In this document: positions 26,915 to 36,281 of the stretch, piece after piece
How the letters are laid out: each line of letters starts with the position of its first letter
Numbering within the stretch: position 1 is the first letter of the stretch
From: a virus
Taxonomy: Duplodnaviria; Caudoviricetes
Reading direction: 5' to 3' (one strand)
Length of the DNA: 62,606 nucleotides
Virus record (IMG/VR): IMGVR_UViG_3300021197_001241
Coordinates: 1 to 62,606 of that record
Made by a program: the position numbers and the translations under genes
Notes under the pieces: model-generated
The model's database searches: none
What the model was told of the DNA's origin: nothing
Seen by the model: the letters and a program-made list of their open reading frames with translations, nothing else

Positions 26915-27103
26915 TTAATTATATTTTAGAAGCTCTCTTTCTATAAAGAATTTTGCTCTCTGTAGATTATCTTTCTTGTCTTTGTCTTCTTCTTCTATGC
27001 CGCTTAAAAGCAAACTCTTTAAGGCAATAGAAATAGTCAAAGGAAGGTTGTGATCCTTTGAAACTACCTCTATGTCTACTTTTAATTTATCAGAGTTACT
27101 CAT
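26915..27103 (-). CDS. small protein, DUF3310-like C-terminus
   Basis: ALK.L...K.DNLQRAKFFIERE pattern. Confidence 0.5.
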   Translation of the reverse strand: MSNSDKLKVDIEVVSKDHNLPLTISIALKSLLLSGIEEEDKDKKDNLQRAKFFIERELLKYN

Positions 27104-27255
27104 TTTTTTGTTTCTTTGATTATCTTGTTGATTTTTCCTTCAACCAGCAAACTACCTTTTGTTGGAACAGGGGATTCCAATAATGGTTCCCTGTTTACCA
27201 ATTCTTCTTGAATCAACTCTTTAAGCATGTTCAAAAAATCTTTGTTAATTTTCAT
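27100..27255 (-). CDS. 51-aa leader-like peptide (not in ORF track)
   Basis: MKINKDFLNMLKELIQEELVNREPLLES...; GAGGA SD; ATGA coupling to the next gene. Confidence 0.6.
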   Translation of the reverse strand: MKINKDFLNMLKELIQEELVNREPLLESPVPTKGSLLVEGKINKIIKETKK

Positions 27256-27256
27256 T

Positions 27257-27535
27257 TCAATCTTCCTCTAAAATCCCCAGAACGTGATTTTCCAATACTA
27301 AATAGTTGGTTCCCGAACCAAAATCCACTTCTTCAATCATGTGGTTTAGCACTACGGCGTATTTGCCCTCTGCAATCGGAGGACGAACCGATGGGGCAAC
27401 CGAAAGAATTTTAACTTTCTCATAGCGGCTTTCGCTTTTAAAAGTCCCTTCCGGTAATGCAATCAACGATTCAGGCTGATTAGATTCCTCATCTAGACGA
27501 CCAACTAACAAATAACGATTACACGGCTTAAACAT
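27257..27535 (-). CDS. groS: co-chaperonin GroES-like protein
   Basis: MFKPCNRYLLV, mobile-loop-like SLIALPE, YLVLENHVLGIL. Confidence 0.75.
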   Translation of the reverse strand: MFKPCNRYLLVGRLDEESNQPESLIALPEGTFKSESRYEKVKILSVAPSVRPPIAEGKYAVVLNHMIEEVDFGSGTNYLVLENHVLGILEED

Positions 27536-29775
27536 TATAACTCCTCTACGTTTTCTTTTCCACGAAGGGCTTCGAGATATTCAGCTGGCATCTCACAAGC
27601 ACCACCGGCACATGCTGAATCTTGCTGGAAATCAATATTATCTTCTTCTTCACATAAGGTTGTCCAATCAACATCTTTGTATTCTTTACTTAACTTTTCC
27701 CACATTTTTAAATTATAAACATCTTTCAAGCAATAGGTCATCTTTCTAACGTCACCGTCAAAGTGACTATCAGCAAATTTAATTGCGGCGGTGACCCACT
27801 CTCTCTTATTCCAAGTCACGCTTGTTAGTGGCTCTCCAATACCCAACAAACAATCACTAGCGGCCCATAGGTTACCATTGAACGCCTCTAATCCTTTCTC
27901 AATAATACCAGAAGCAAAGAAAGATCCGCTTCCGTATTCTCTAAGGATATCAGTTTCGTAAGGAACAGCACAGAAAGGTGCCTGTGGATAGTCTTTGTCG
28001 CCAGAGTTAGGAATCAAAGAAATACCAGCAAAGTATTTTCTGTTCTGGTAGATGTAGTCTTCGATAAGATCCCACTCATCTTGGCGAACGTGTATAGTAT
28101 TAGATACGTTATGGCTTAACCAAGGCTGTGTACAAAGATCTTTGTTCGTACCATAGCGAACCCAGTTTTGCTGGGTTAACTTAACACTCTCCAGCAAGTC
28201 AGAGGCATTAATTTGGTTTTTTGTCTTTGCACCAACTGGGACTTCACACAAAAAGGTAATAACCTCGGTTACTCCGTTCGGATCCCAAACAGATGTTTCC
28301 ACTGCTCTAGGGTTAGTCTTTCTAAAGTGCTGTACTGGATTTTCTTGAACATTTGCTTGTACACGGCGGAAATATCTCTTTGCGTGATGCGGGTGAATGC
28401 CGCTTGCGGTGCCTAAAATACAACTTGTTGAGCCAGCGGGCTTTACACAGGTGGTTCTAGCTGCTGGATTGATTGAGATCATAGCGGCGATTTCTTTGTT
28501 GATGTCTTTAACAATTTTTGCCCCATTTCTTTGAATCTGCGGATTAAAAAGAACGTCGGGATTATCCATCATGCCTGTGATAGAGACACCCAATAGGGCT
28601 TCACGGCGAGTGATTCTTTCTGTCGTTTCTCCAACGTAAGGAAAGCTAGTGTAAGCAGCCTGAAGAGTGCCGACAATAGCAGCTGCTTTACATGCTGCAT
28701 AAAAGTTTTCTTCCGTGCTTGCCTTCTTGCCATTAATCTCTGCCAAATTACAGAATTGCCACCCTGACTTACCTGTTTCATCATCGACTGGATATAGCCC
28801 GATTTCAACACAAGGATTGAAGCCCATCTCTGTACTATCTGCCCATACGAAACCCGGCTCCCCAAACTCCTTAACCCAAGACATCAATTGGTTAAAGGTC
28901 TGCTTAGAGGTCTTGTCTCTAATAAGTAACGCACTGTTGTTAGAGCGTCCTCGTTGTGGGTTCTCAATAAACCAGTTTCCTGTCTTGGCTTTTGCCATCT
29001 CCTCATCTTCTGGAGAAAACAGTGCGATAGTTGCCGAACGACGAACTCCGCCAGAGATCACAGCGTCGGCAGCGTGCATAATAATATCATAAACGTCAAT
29101 TGAGCGTAATTTGACCCGAACACTATCTCTCAATCTTCTTTCAAAAATTTCTGTAATCTTTTCGATTGATCTCATGAGCCCGCCGGGACCGGGTGCTTTT
29201 GCTCCAGACGACAATGGAGCACCAGCAGGGCGAATTCTAGAATAATCAAACTCTACTTTTTCCCCAATGTACTCATCAAATTCATTAATGCCGCCCATAT
29301 AGCTCGCAATTAAAACACCAATGGCATCAGCCCATCCTTCAATGGTATCTGGAACCTCATAAATCTTTGGTACAATGGCGTTCCTTCGTGCAACGAGTGG
29401 AAGTTGGCTAACATGGTGAGTCTGAACAGAAAAACCAATACCACAACCACAAAGAAGCAGATACATAAGCTCTTGAAAAGCACGAGCGCGATTGATGTGA
29501 CCAAAACCACAGTTATAAACACGAGCGTTGTGTTTAAAAATTGGCTCACCACCAAACTGTAAAATCCGCTGGGATCCTAAGATTTCCTTTTTTAATACTG
29601 CCTGCTCTGCATAATCAATGTGCTCCATAACATCTGGATAATCTTTAAAATACTCTCTATGCATCGAAAAGACTCGATCAACTTGTTCTTTCCAAGTTTC
29701 TCTTCTTTTCATCTCCGGTAGATATCTCGCGTATTTAGCGATTCTTGTGTATTCTTGTAGACTGTTAATTGACAT
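27535..29775 (-). CDS. nrdJ: class II (adenosylcobalamin-dependent) ribonucleotide reductase
   Basis: VYNC, GGVRRSA, NPCVEI, FCNL, TTCVKPAGS, C-terminal CAGGAC; no beta subunit nearby. Confidence 0.92.
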   Translation of the reverse strand: MSINSLQEYTRIAKYARYLPEMKRRETWKEQVDRVFSMHREYFKDYPDVMEHIDYAEQAVLKKEILGSQRILQFGGEPIFKHNARVYNCGFGHINRARAFQELMYLLLCGCGIGFSVQTHHVSQLPLVARRNAIVPKIYEVPDTIEGWADAIGVLIASYMGGINEFDEYIGEKVEFDYSRIRPAGAPLSSGAKAPGPGGLMRSIEKITEIFERRLRDSVRVKLRSIDVYDIIMHAADAVISGGVRRSATIALFSPEDEEMAKAKTGNWFIENPQRGRSNNSALLIRDKTSKQTFNQLMSWVKEFGEPGFVWADSTEMGFNPCVEIGLYPVDDETGKSGWQFCNLAEINGKKASTEENFYAACKAAAIVGTLQAAYTSFPYVGETTERITRREALLGVSITGMMDNPDVLFNPQIQRNGAKIVKDINKEIAAMISINPAARTTCVKPAGSTSCILGTASGIHPHHAKRYFRRVQANVQENPVQHFRKTNPRAVETSVWDPNGVTEVITFLCEVPVGAKTKNQINASDLLESVKLTQQNWVRYGTNKDLCTQPWLSHNVSNTIHVRQDEWDLIEDYIYQNRKYFAGISLIPNSGDKDYPQAPFCAVPYETDILREYGSGSFFASGIIEKGLEAFNGNLWAASDCLLGIGEPLTSVTWNKREWVTAAIKFADSHFDGDVRKMTYCLKDVYNLKMWEKLSKEYKDVDWTTLCEEEDNIDFQQDSACAGGACEMPAEYLEALRGKENVEEL

Positions 29776-29776
29776 T

Positions 29777-31138
29777 TTATTTCCCCTTCCCTTTGTTGTT
29801 CTTTTTATATAATGTGGCGATTTTCATTTCTTGACGCTTCTTGGCATCTCTCTGAACTTCACCGATAGTCTCTCCGGTGTTTGGCAACACTTTGATAGTA
29901 ATATTATTAGTGCTCATAAAAATAGGATATATTAACCCATCAGGGCCGTTACGATTCTTTGCAATAAAAATTCTCCCCTGATTATTCAACTTATCCTCTG
30001 CCGTTCTGGATATTGAAAAAATAAAATCTGCTACAAAACATTTGTTAAAAGCCTCACTGATTGATTCCATTGTAATTACTTCTGCGTTCAAGCCAGAACG
30101 GTTTGTTTGACTTGCTGTCCATAAACAACATTTATATTCTTGCGCCAAACCACGAAGCTGTTCATAAATAGTCTCTAATTCGTGTCTTTTCTCTCTTAAT
30201 CCGGAAGTTGGTCTCAAAAGATCCGCATAATCAACAATAATAACGTCGGGCTTGAAACCTCTTTTTATAACTTTTTCCAAATGATTCTTCAAAGTTACGG
30301 GAGATGAGGACTTTGTTGGGTATTCTTTTACGATAAGCTTGCCATCAAGATCTTGAATTTTTTCGTATATCTCTTCTTTGAAAGTTGTTAAATCTCCTAG
30401 CGGAACATTTGTGATGCAGCTATCGAATCTCGAACCCACGACCGTATCTGATAATTCTAGTGTGTAATAGATTACATTCTTGCCTGCGATTAGTGCCTGT
30501 GCCCCTATGTGGACCAGAGCCATACTTTTTCCTGCGCCAGTTGGGGCGATTACGACTCCAAGTTCACCAGTCCCTAGACCCTGATGTGTAATCAAATCTA
30601 TCTGGTCCCACCCTGTTGCGACTGGATTCCTAGCTTTGAATGTGAATCTCTGCTCAAAATCTTTAATGTAGTCGTGTCCAAAATTAGAATCCGAACCGAG
30701 CTTGAGAGCCTCATTTATAACACTAGATATTTGATCAAAAGAATGGCTTTCGAGAAGCTTTACAGATTCCAACATTGCTTCTTTAAGTTTTTGCTTTCTG
30801 CAAAAATCGAGAGACGTAGTTTTAATATACTCAGCATCTTCCGGCTCACATCTGGATATGCGAGCGTAGAAATCACGAATCATGGTCTGTACGGACTCTA
30901 ACTCATTAGAAATTTCAGTCCGAAGAATGGATTTCATAATTTGTTCTGACGGATGTACAGAGAACTTTTCCCTATAGTTGTAGACTAGCTTTGTGAAAGA
31001 TTGTAAATATTTTAGTTCCAAGAAATTAATGTCCAGTACTTCAAATATTTGATCGGCGAATGGTCGATCTATCAGAATCATGTGACATAAATTTTCTTGG
31101 AACTCTTTTCCATATTGACTAAAGTTTTCTTTAGACAT
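29777..31138 (-). CDS. dnaB: DnaB-like replicative helicase
   Basis: APTGAGKS Walker A, YTLEL, IVDYADLL, WTASQTNR, AKNRNG. Confidence 0.93.
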   Translation of the reverse strand: MSKENFSQYGKEFQENLCHMILIDRPFADQIFEVLDINFLELKYLQSFTKLVYNYREKFSVHPSEQIMKSILRTEISNELESVQTMIRDFYARISRCEPEDAEYIKTTSLDFCRKQKLKEAMLESVKLLESHSFDQISSVINEALKLGSDSNFGHDYIKDFEQRFTFKARNPVATGWDQIDLITHQGLGTGELGVVIAPTGAGKSMALVHIGAQALIAGKNVIYYTLELSDTVVGSRFDSCITNVPLGDLTTFKEEIYEKIQDLDGKLIVKEYPTKSSSPVTLKNHLEKVIKRGFKPDVIIVDYADLLRPTSGLREKRHELETIYEQLRGLAQEYKCCLWTASQTNRSGLNAEVITMESISEAFNKCFVADFIFSISRTAEDKLNNQGRIFIAKNRNGPDGLIYPIFMSTNNITIKVLPNTGETIGEVQRDAKKRQEMKIATLYKKNNKGKGK

Positions 31139-31155
31139 CTAACCTCCGAATTGTC

Positions 31156-31184
31156 ATTATAATATTAAAGAATAACTTTGTCAA
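31156..31184 (-). promoter_or_regulatory. sigma70-type promoter for the helicase
   Basis: TTGACA-17 bp-TATAAT. Confidence 0.85.
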
Positions 31185-32140
31185 GCATTTTTGCAAATTC
31201 TTTTACAACTGGTAAATAAATCTTGCATACTCCATTCTGCAAAACCATCTGTTCTGATTCTCTTAATTATCTCTGTCTTATTAAACTCTGGAGTAAAATT
31301 ATCTAATGCAGACTGAACTTTCATCTTTGTTTGGATTGAAATTGCTGGTGCGTATAGCTGCATGATTTTATAATTCTCTTGTATTTTATCATAACTCTCT
31401 AAGATAGCTGAGAAAGCTTTCAATCCCGTATTGTCGTTTTTGCAGTACTCTTGCAATTCAGTAAATGTAACCGAATCTTCTTTGGCAAAGAATTCCATCT
31501 TCTTGGCAATTGTCTTTAACCCAACACCCCTAACTCCTTTGAGATTGTCCGAAGCGTCTCCTGCGATTGCGCGAGCCATCGCAAAGTTCGTAGGATGGAT
31601 TCCAAAATCTTCCAAGATGCGAGGCTTGTTGACAAACTTTTTCTGAATTGGTCGATAAACCACAGTCTCGTCATCACAAAGCTGAAAGAAATCTTTATCA
31701 CTAGAGACAATAATCTTTTGCCACCCTTTATATTTACTATTCTGCACAACAAAAGAAATCAAGTCATCAGCTTCAATTCCATCGCTAACAAGTTGGATAC
31801 AAGGTAGAAAATTTAACATTTCCATTAGTCGCATCTGTTGCCACACTTTATTCTGCAACTGCTGGCTTTCCGTTAAATTACCAATATTTCTATTAAGTTT
31901 AATTGGCTTTCTTCCAGCTTTGTAATTTTTATTTATTTGCTTGCGCTTTTGAGATCCACCTGCGCCATCCCAAGTTATAACAATCTCATCAGGCTTCATC
32001 TCTCGGCATAGCTTTTGTAAGATTTTAATAAAACCCTGATATCCACCTATCGGCTCTCCCGACATGGTGGATAGAGAAGGATCAACAATATAAGCCCGGA
32101 AATACGCATTCAGAGCATCAATAACCATTAGTCTTTTCAT
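31181..32140 (-). CDS. 5'-3' exonuclease / flap endonuclease (Pol I N-terminal or T4 RNase H-like)
   Basis: VIDALN, WDG, YKAGR, EADD, SSDKDF, GDASDNLKGVRGVG. Confidence 0.93.
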   Translation of the reverse strand: MKRLMVIDALNAYFRAYIVDPSLSTMSGEPIGGYQGFIKILQKLCREMKPDEIVITWDGAGGSQKRKQINKNYKAGRKPIKLNRNIGNLTESQQLQNKVWQQMRLMEMLNFLPCIQLVSDGIEADDLISFVVQNSKYKGWQKIIVSSDKDFFQLCDDETVVYRPIQKKFVNKPRILEDFGIHPTNFAMARAIAGDASDNLKGVRGVGLKTIAKKMEFFAKEDSVTFTELQEYCKNDNTGLKAFSAILESYDKIQENYKIMQLYAPAISIQTKMKVQSALDNFTPEFNKTEIIKRIRTDGFAEWSMQDLFTSCKRICKNA

Positions 32141-32156
32141 CTTTAACCTCTAAAAC

Positions 32157-32185
32157 ATAATAGCACTTTTTCGTAAGTTTGTCAA
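32157..32185 (-). promoter_or_regulatory. sigma70-type promoter
   Basis: TTGACA-17 bp-TATTAT with extended -10 TG. Confidence 0.75.
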
Positions 32186-32808
32186 GCTTTTTTTGTAGCT
32201 CTTTCAACCATTATATTTATATATTCAGCCATTATAGCTTGTCTTTGTTCTTCTGATTTAGCGTTATGCCAATTCCAAGCGAATGTCTTTTCCATATCTC
32301 CAGTCTGTTTTCTAACTCCATTTGCTTCTTTTTCAAATATTTCAAGTTGTTCACTTGTAGGTGAGGGTAGTTCGATGCCAAGGTCCATGGCAATCTGCTG
32401 AAGTGCAAAAAGGTTATCTTTCTCTGCGGCCGCCGTAGCCTTTAAAAAGATACCTTCTCTGTGAGACCTTTCTTGTTCTGACAACTTAATCAACTTGTCT
32501 GGATGAGTCATCGAAACAATCTTCTTATGAAGAAATTTTACTTCTTTGCTGATGTTCTTTTTGTCGAGTTCATATATTTTTTCGCTCTCGACTTTGCCGG
32601 AGTCTTGCTGGGTGGGCTCTGGTACGTCATCTTCTGGAAATAAAATTTCATATATTTTCAATTCCTTTGAAGCATTTAAAAATTCTTCTTGGAATGTTTT
32701 AGTTGCATCGTTCATAAGACGCTGATGATACTCAAGATCGGCATACAAAAATTTAAGTTCAAATAGAAGCTTGTGGTGCTTCATCTTGAGTATTTCATCA
32801 TCATCCAT
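32182..32808 (-). CDS. J-domain-like protein
   Basis: VKFLHKKIVSMTHPDK...F.KATAA: helix II, HPD, helix III of a J domain inside a coiled-coil protein. Confidence 0.7.
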   Translation of the reverse strand: MDDDEILKMKHHKLLFELKFLYADLEYHQRLMNDATKTFQEEFLNASKELKIYEILFPEDDVPEPTQQDSGKVESEKIYELDKKNISKEVKFLHKKIVSMTHPDKLIKLSEQERSHREGIFLKATAAAEKDNLFALQQIAMDLGIELPSPTSEQLEIFEKEANGVRKQTGDMEKTFAWNWHNAKSEEQRQAIMAEYINIMVERATKKA

Positions 32809-32816
32809 ACTTACAA

Positions 32817-33935
32817 TTAGTTTTCTTCTTCTTCAGAGTCATAGAAATCTGATGCAGAGCCTTGTCTTTTATCAAACTTCATAATAACTTCTTCGTCCAT
32901 GATTTGATAAACTCTCTGGCGGAACTTTTCATTCTGCATCTTATCTACCCACTTAGCCGCTTGGAACTTCTCTGTTGTTCCATCTTCAAAAACCATAGTG
33001 TACCACGCTCCCGATCTAATAATATTTTCGGAAGAGCTTACGGCATCGAACAATGACTCATCATCTTGGATCGCCACTGTATTTCCGCCCCATAAGATTC
33101 TGAAGTTGCACCTTCGCCCAGCAGTGCCAAAGCGAGACTTTTCTAGCTTAACTTTGACCTCTGATCCAATACGGAATCCGTTGTCATCTAAGACAAAGCT
33201 TGCTTTTGCTTTTCGACCTGTTAGCCAGATTCGCAAAGAATATGCATAATTCATAGCTTTGCCGCCCGGTGTAACATAGGGTGTTGTCATGGCTTCGGAT
33301 GGACTTCGGGTTATGTTTGTTTTTAATTGGTTTAAGACAAGCAGTGTTGCACTCGCATTGGCGATTGGCAGTGCGAGCTTGGACATCGCACGGGCAAGAA
33401 TTCGCGCCTTCATAGCCATTTGCGACATGGGGTCGAAGCTTCCCTCGACTTCGCTAACTGCGGGAGTAAGTGCCAAAGAGTCCCAAATAAATAACATTTG
33501 ATTTTCTGATGCCAGCAGGTCTTCGATTGTCTCTAATACAAATTCTACAGATTGGGCTTGGACATATAAAAGATTACTTAAATCACAACCAGCATTTACA
33601 AGGAAAGAAGGGTCGATTGCCGATTCCGAATCAAAATAGACAACATCAATTCCCATTTTTTGAGCATTGGCAGCGATTTGCGCAGCCATATAAGATTTGC
33701 CTGTTGCCTCAAGACCTGCAATTTCAGAAACCTTTCCAACCGGGATGCCAGAAAGTTGACCCTTGCAAACAATAGAATCTAACCAGCGAGAGCCAGTAGG
33801 GATCCATTGCTTGACCTCTGTGGGGTTTGCGTTGTTAAGATCGTGGGCTACGTCCATGCCCGCTCTCTTATTTATCATTTTTCTCATATCATCCATGGAT
33901 AGCTTTCCAGCAGATGATTTTGCTTTCTTTGTCAT
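32817..33935 (-). CDS. recA: RecA/UvsX recombinase
   Basis: IPTGS, GLEATGKS, FDSESAID, IWDSLA, LNQL, TPGGKA. Confidence 0.95.
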   Translation of the reverse strand: MTKKAKSSAGKLSMDDMRKMINKRAGMDVAHDLNNANPTEVKQWIPTGSRWLDSIVCKGQLSGIPVGKVSEIAGLEATGKSYMAAQIAANAQKMGIDVVYFDSESAIDPSFLVNAGCDLSNLLYVQAQSVEFVLETIEDLLASENQMLFIWDSLALTPAVSEVEGSFDPMSQMAMKARILARAMSKLALPIANASATLLVLNQLKTNITRSPSEAMTTPYVTPGGKAMNYAYSLRIWLTGRKAKASFVLDDNGFRIGSEVKVKLEKSRFGTAGRRCNFRILWGGNTVAIQDDESLFDAVSSSENIIRSGAWYTMVFEDGTTEKFQAAKWVDKMQNEKFRQRVYQIMDEEVIMKFDKRQGSASDFYDSEEEEN

Positions 33936-33948
33936 ATAATTCTCCTTT

Positions 33949-34920
33949 TTATCCTATAATAATAATTTCAGATGAGGAACCCATCTTTTTTGTTTCGTGA
34001 TTTTTTAAATGACTTCTGATAGATTTGATAACCTCGTTTGGTAATTTGTTTTTTTCACTAAGACTATTATATCTTTCTAGTTTATTTGCTGTTTCTTCTA
34101 ATATTTCACGTCGAACAAGCTCTTCATCTGTATACATATTTTTCATTCCATATGCCCATGCTGCTGGAATTATTTTATAATTAGAATACTTTTCTCTTAC
34201 ATACTCACAGTCGTTATATGACAGAACCCACCCTGTACGATTTGAAATGGAGTCATATAGACCATCATGATCAAAAGTAAAGTGGGTGTCGCCTTTGTTT
34301 CCATATAGCTTTTCTCTTGATTTGCCCAGATAATAAGGAGGATCAAGATACAAGAAAGCATCTGGATGTTTTGCAATCGATTCTTTAAAATCCATTCTCT
34401 GAACAAATATATTGGGCTCTTCAAAGTCTCTAATTCTATCGATTGAACTGTCTGTGAATCTTGCGTAAGAAGCCCTTTTGGAAAAGCCCCCGGATAATGT
34501 CTCTCCAGAAAAGCTAGAACGATTAATCGCATAAACTTTAGCAGCTAAGTCAAAACTAAACTGTGGAGTATCCTTTGCTAACTCTGCTCTTATTTCATCT
34601 CGAAATTCTTTGAATAGCTCTGGTGGTAGACCTTTTTTGATTTCGATCTTTCCTTTGTGGTTGTATTCCTTTTGAACTCGATATGAATCTGCAAGAGCTG
34701 CTAATCGCTTGGGATCTTCTAGAAGTGCTTCCCAAAACCAAACAAGGGGAGCAAAGATGTCATACCCGTACACCTTTGTTCCCCGCCCGGCCACTGCTAG
34801 TTCAATCGACCCTCCCCCAAGAAAGGGAGAGCAAAGCTCTCCACAGTCTTCAGGAATGAGAGGGAGGATATGTTTGACGGCGCGTGATTTGCCGCCCGGA
34901 TAGCGTAGTGGTGTTTTCAT
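33949..34920 (-). CDS. second Dam-family (D12 class) adenine methyltransferase
   Basis: TPLRYPGGKS, SPFLGGGS, NRSSFSG, YLDPPY, LSYND; start MKTPL at 34920; ~45-aa insert near the C-terminus. Confidence 0.9.
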   Translation of the reverse strand: MKTPLRYPGGKSRAVKHILPLIPEDCGELCSPFLGGGSIELAVAGRGTKVYGYDIFAPLVWFWEALLEDPKRLAALADSYRVQKEYNHKGKIEIKKGLPPELFKEFRDEIRAELAKDTPQFSFDLAAKVYAINRSSFSGETLSGGFSKRASYARFTDSSIDRIRDFEEPNIFVQRMDFKESIAKHPDAFLYLDPPYYLGKSREKLYGNKGDTHFTFDHDGLYDSISNRTGWVLSYNDCEYVREKYSNYKIIPAAWAYGMKNMYTDEELVRREILEETANKLERYNSLSEKNKLPNEVIKSIRSHLKNHETKKMGSSSEIIIIG

Positions 34921-34924
34921 AGGA

Positions 34925-36118
34925 CTAGACCCCTGATTTATTAAATGGAAGAACTTTGCTTTCTGCAGCCTCGGCACGTTCATTTTCGTGCTCTTCTTGT
35001 GCCTTTTGTTGATTTGCCCAAGCGGGATCCCATTCGGCGCGTGTCATTACCTTGTCTTCATTTGTGCCTATTTCTTGTCCAAGTACCAATATATGATCAA
35101 AAGGATTGTAAGGAAGTTGTGAGATATCTTCAAAAACTCCATTGATTGATTTGCGAACTTTTTCTCTGTTAGCCGCTTTGGAGTGCCAGATGCTAATAAA
35201 TTCGCCATCAGGGTGACGTGCTCTATATAGCATGGCTTCTCCGATTGACTTAGCAAGATTACCTTGGGAGGGATCTCTAGAAACGACCTTCTTCTTTGAA
35301 TTATTTGTTATAAGACCCTCTTCACCGGGGGGAACTAGCCATGTGCCACTAGGAATAATATCCTCTGATATGTTTGTCTTGATCGCAGTGTGACGATCTA
35401 CTTTTGTATTATATCTTTTTATATTATTGTTAGTAGCTTTTTGATTATTTACAATTTCAGAAAGCCAATTATTGACTGTAGACCTAGCTCTGTTCTTCCC
35501 ACACATTCGTAAAATAATGCCTACGATATTTTCTCTGTTATTATTAATTGAATCAGGGTCAATGGTTTTCAAGAAATCTTTAACATCTTGCGATGAAGAA
35601 GCCTCATTAGGGAGATGGTCATTCACAAGATTGCTAAAATATTTTTGATACTTTTTTACCAAGTCTGACAGCTCTCGTTCTACAATGTTGGCAACAGGAA
35701 TTACATCATTGTGGGTTTCATCTTTATCCTTTAAGTTTTTTTGTCCAGCTATTCTGGTAGCACCGTCTACTGCTGTACATTTATACCTTTTATTTTGACC
35801 GAAATCCAAATAAGCAACAATGCACTGTGTGATTCCACGGTCTTCAAGCGAGACTAAGAGCCTACCAAACGCATCACCAACTGATACATCCCCTGCTCTA
35901 ACTTGATCCACGCGATAGTTTGCCGTTTTAGCAAGAGTTGGATGGAGATTGTCTGGAGAATACTGTGGATTATAAAAATCATCAGAATTGGGATACTCCA
36001 TTTTTACTTTATTATAAAATTCATCTTCTTTTTTTAAAAATTGATCCGTTGCGATACTATCAGCCAAACGATCAAGCAGATCAATTTCGTGTTTTTCTGG
36101 CAAATCAATATAAGTCAT
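34925..36118 (-). CDS. hypothetical protein with ParB/Srx-like N-terminal domain
   Basis: QVR...GITQCIV...AVDGATR motif; AGGAG SD before MTYIDLP at 36118. Confidence 0.55.
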   Translation of the reverse strand: MTYIDLPEKHEIDLLDRLADSIATDQFLKKEDEFYNKVKMEYPNSDDFYNPQYSPDNLHPTLAKTANYRVDQVRAGDVSVGDAFGRLLVSLEDRGITQCIVAYLDFGQNKRYKCTAVDGATRIAGQKNLKDKDETHNDVIPVANIVERELSDLVKKYQKYFSNLVNDHLPNEASSSQDVKDFLKTIDPDSINNNRENIVGIILRMCGKNRARSTVNNWLSEIVNNQKATNNNIKRYNTKVDRHTAIKTNISEDIIPSGTWLVPPGEEGLITNNSKKKVVSRDPSQGNLAKSIGEAMLYRARHPDGEFISIWHSKAANREKVRKSINGVFEDISQLPYNPFDHILVLGQEIGTNEDKVMTRAEWDPAWANQQKAQEEHENERAEAAESKVLPFNKSGV

Positions 36119-36144
36119 TGTTGTATGCGTCTCCTGTTGTAAAC

Positions 36145-36173
36145 AATATAACACCTGACAAAATCTTTGTCAA
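36145..36173 (-). promoter_or_regulatory. sigma70-type promoter
   Basis: TTGACA-17 bp-TATATT with extended -10 TG. Confidence 0.8.
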
Positions 36174-36201
36174 GCATTATTTAAAAAAATATTTTGCGAA
36201 T

Positions 36202-36233
36202 AAAAAAGTGAGGCATCTGTAAACCCATGCCTC
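36202..36233 (-). terminator. intrinsic terminator after the SSB gene
   Basis: GAGGCAT-10 nt loop-ATGCCTC followed by ACTTTTTT. Confidence 0.75.
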
Positions 36234-36281
36234 CCTGCGGTTGGAGGTTACGCGGTAAGGAACGTAAGACCAAGGAGAAAA

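Noticed and set aside
18403-33935. Inteins or introns in dnaE, nrdJ, dnaB, recA
   Set aside because: Proteins are of normal length with contiguous motifs; no intein termini or LAGLIDADG segments seen.
36190-36281. tRNA or known riboswitch in the larger intergenic gaps (also 56452-56665)
   Set aside because: No cloverleaf, T-loop GTTCRA or recognisable aptamer consensus; only hairpins.
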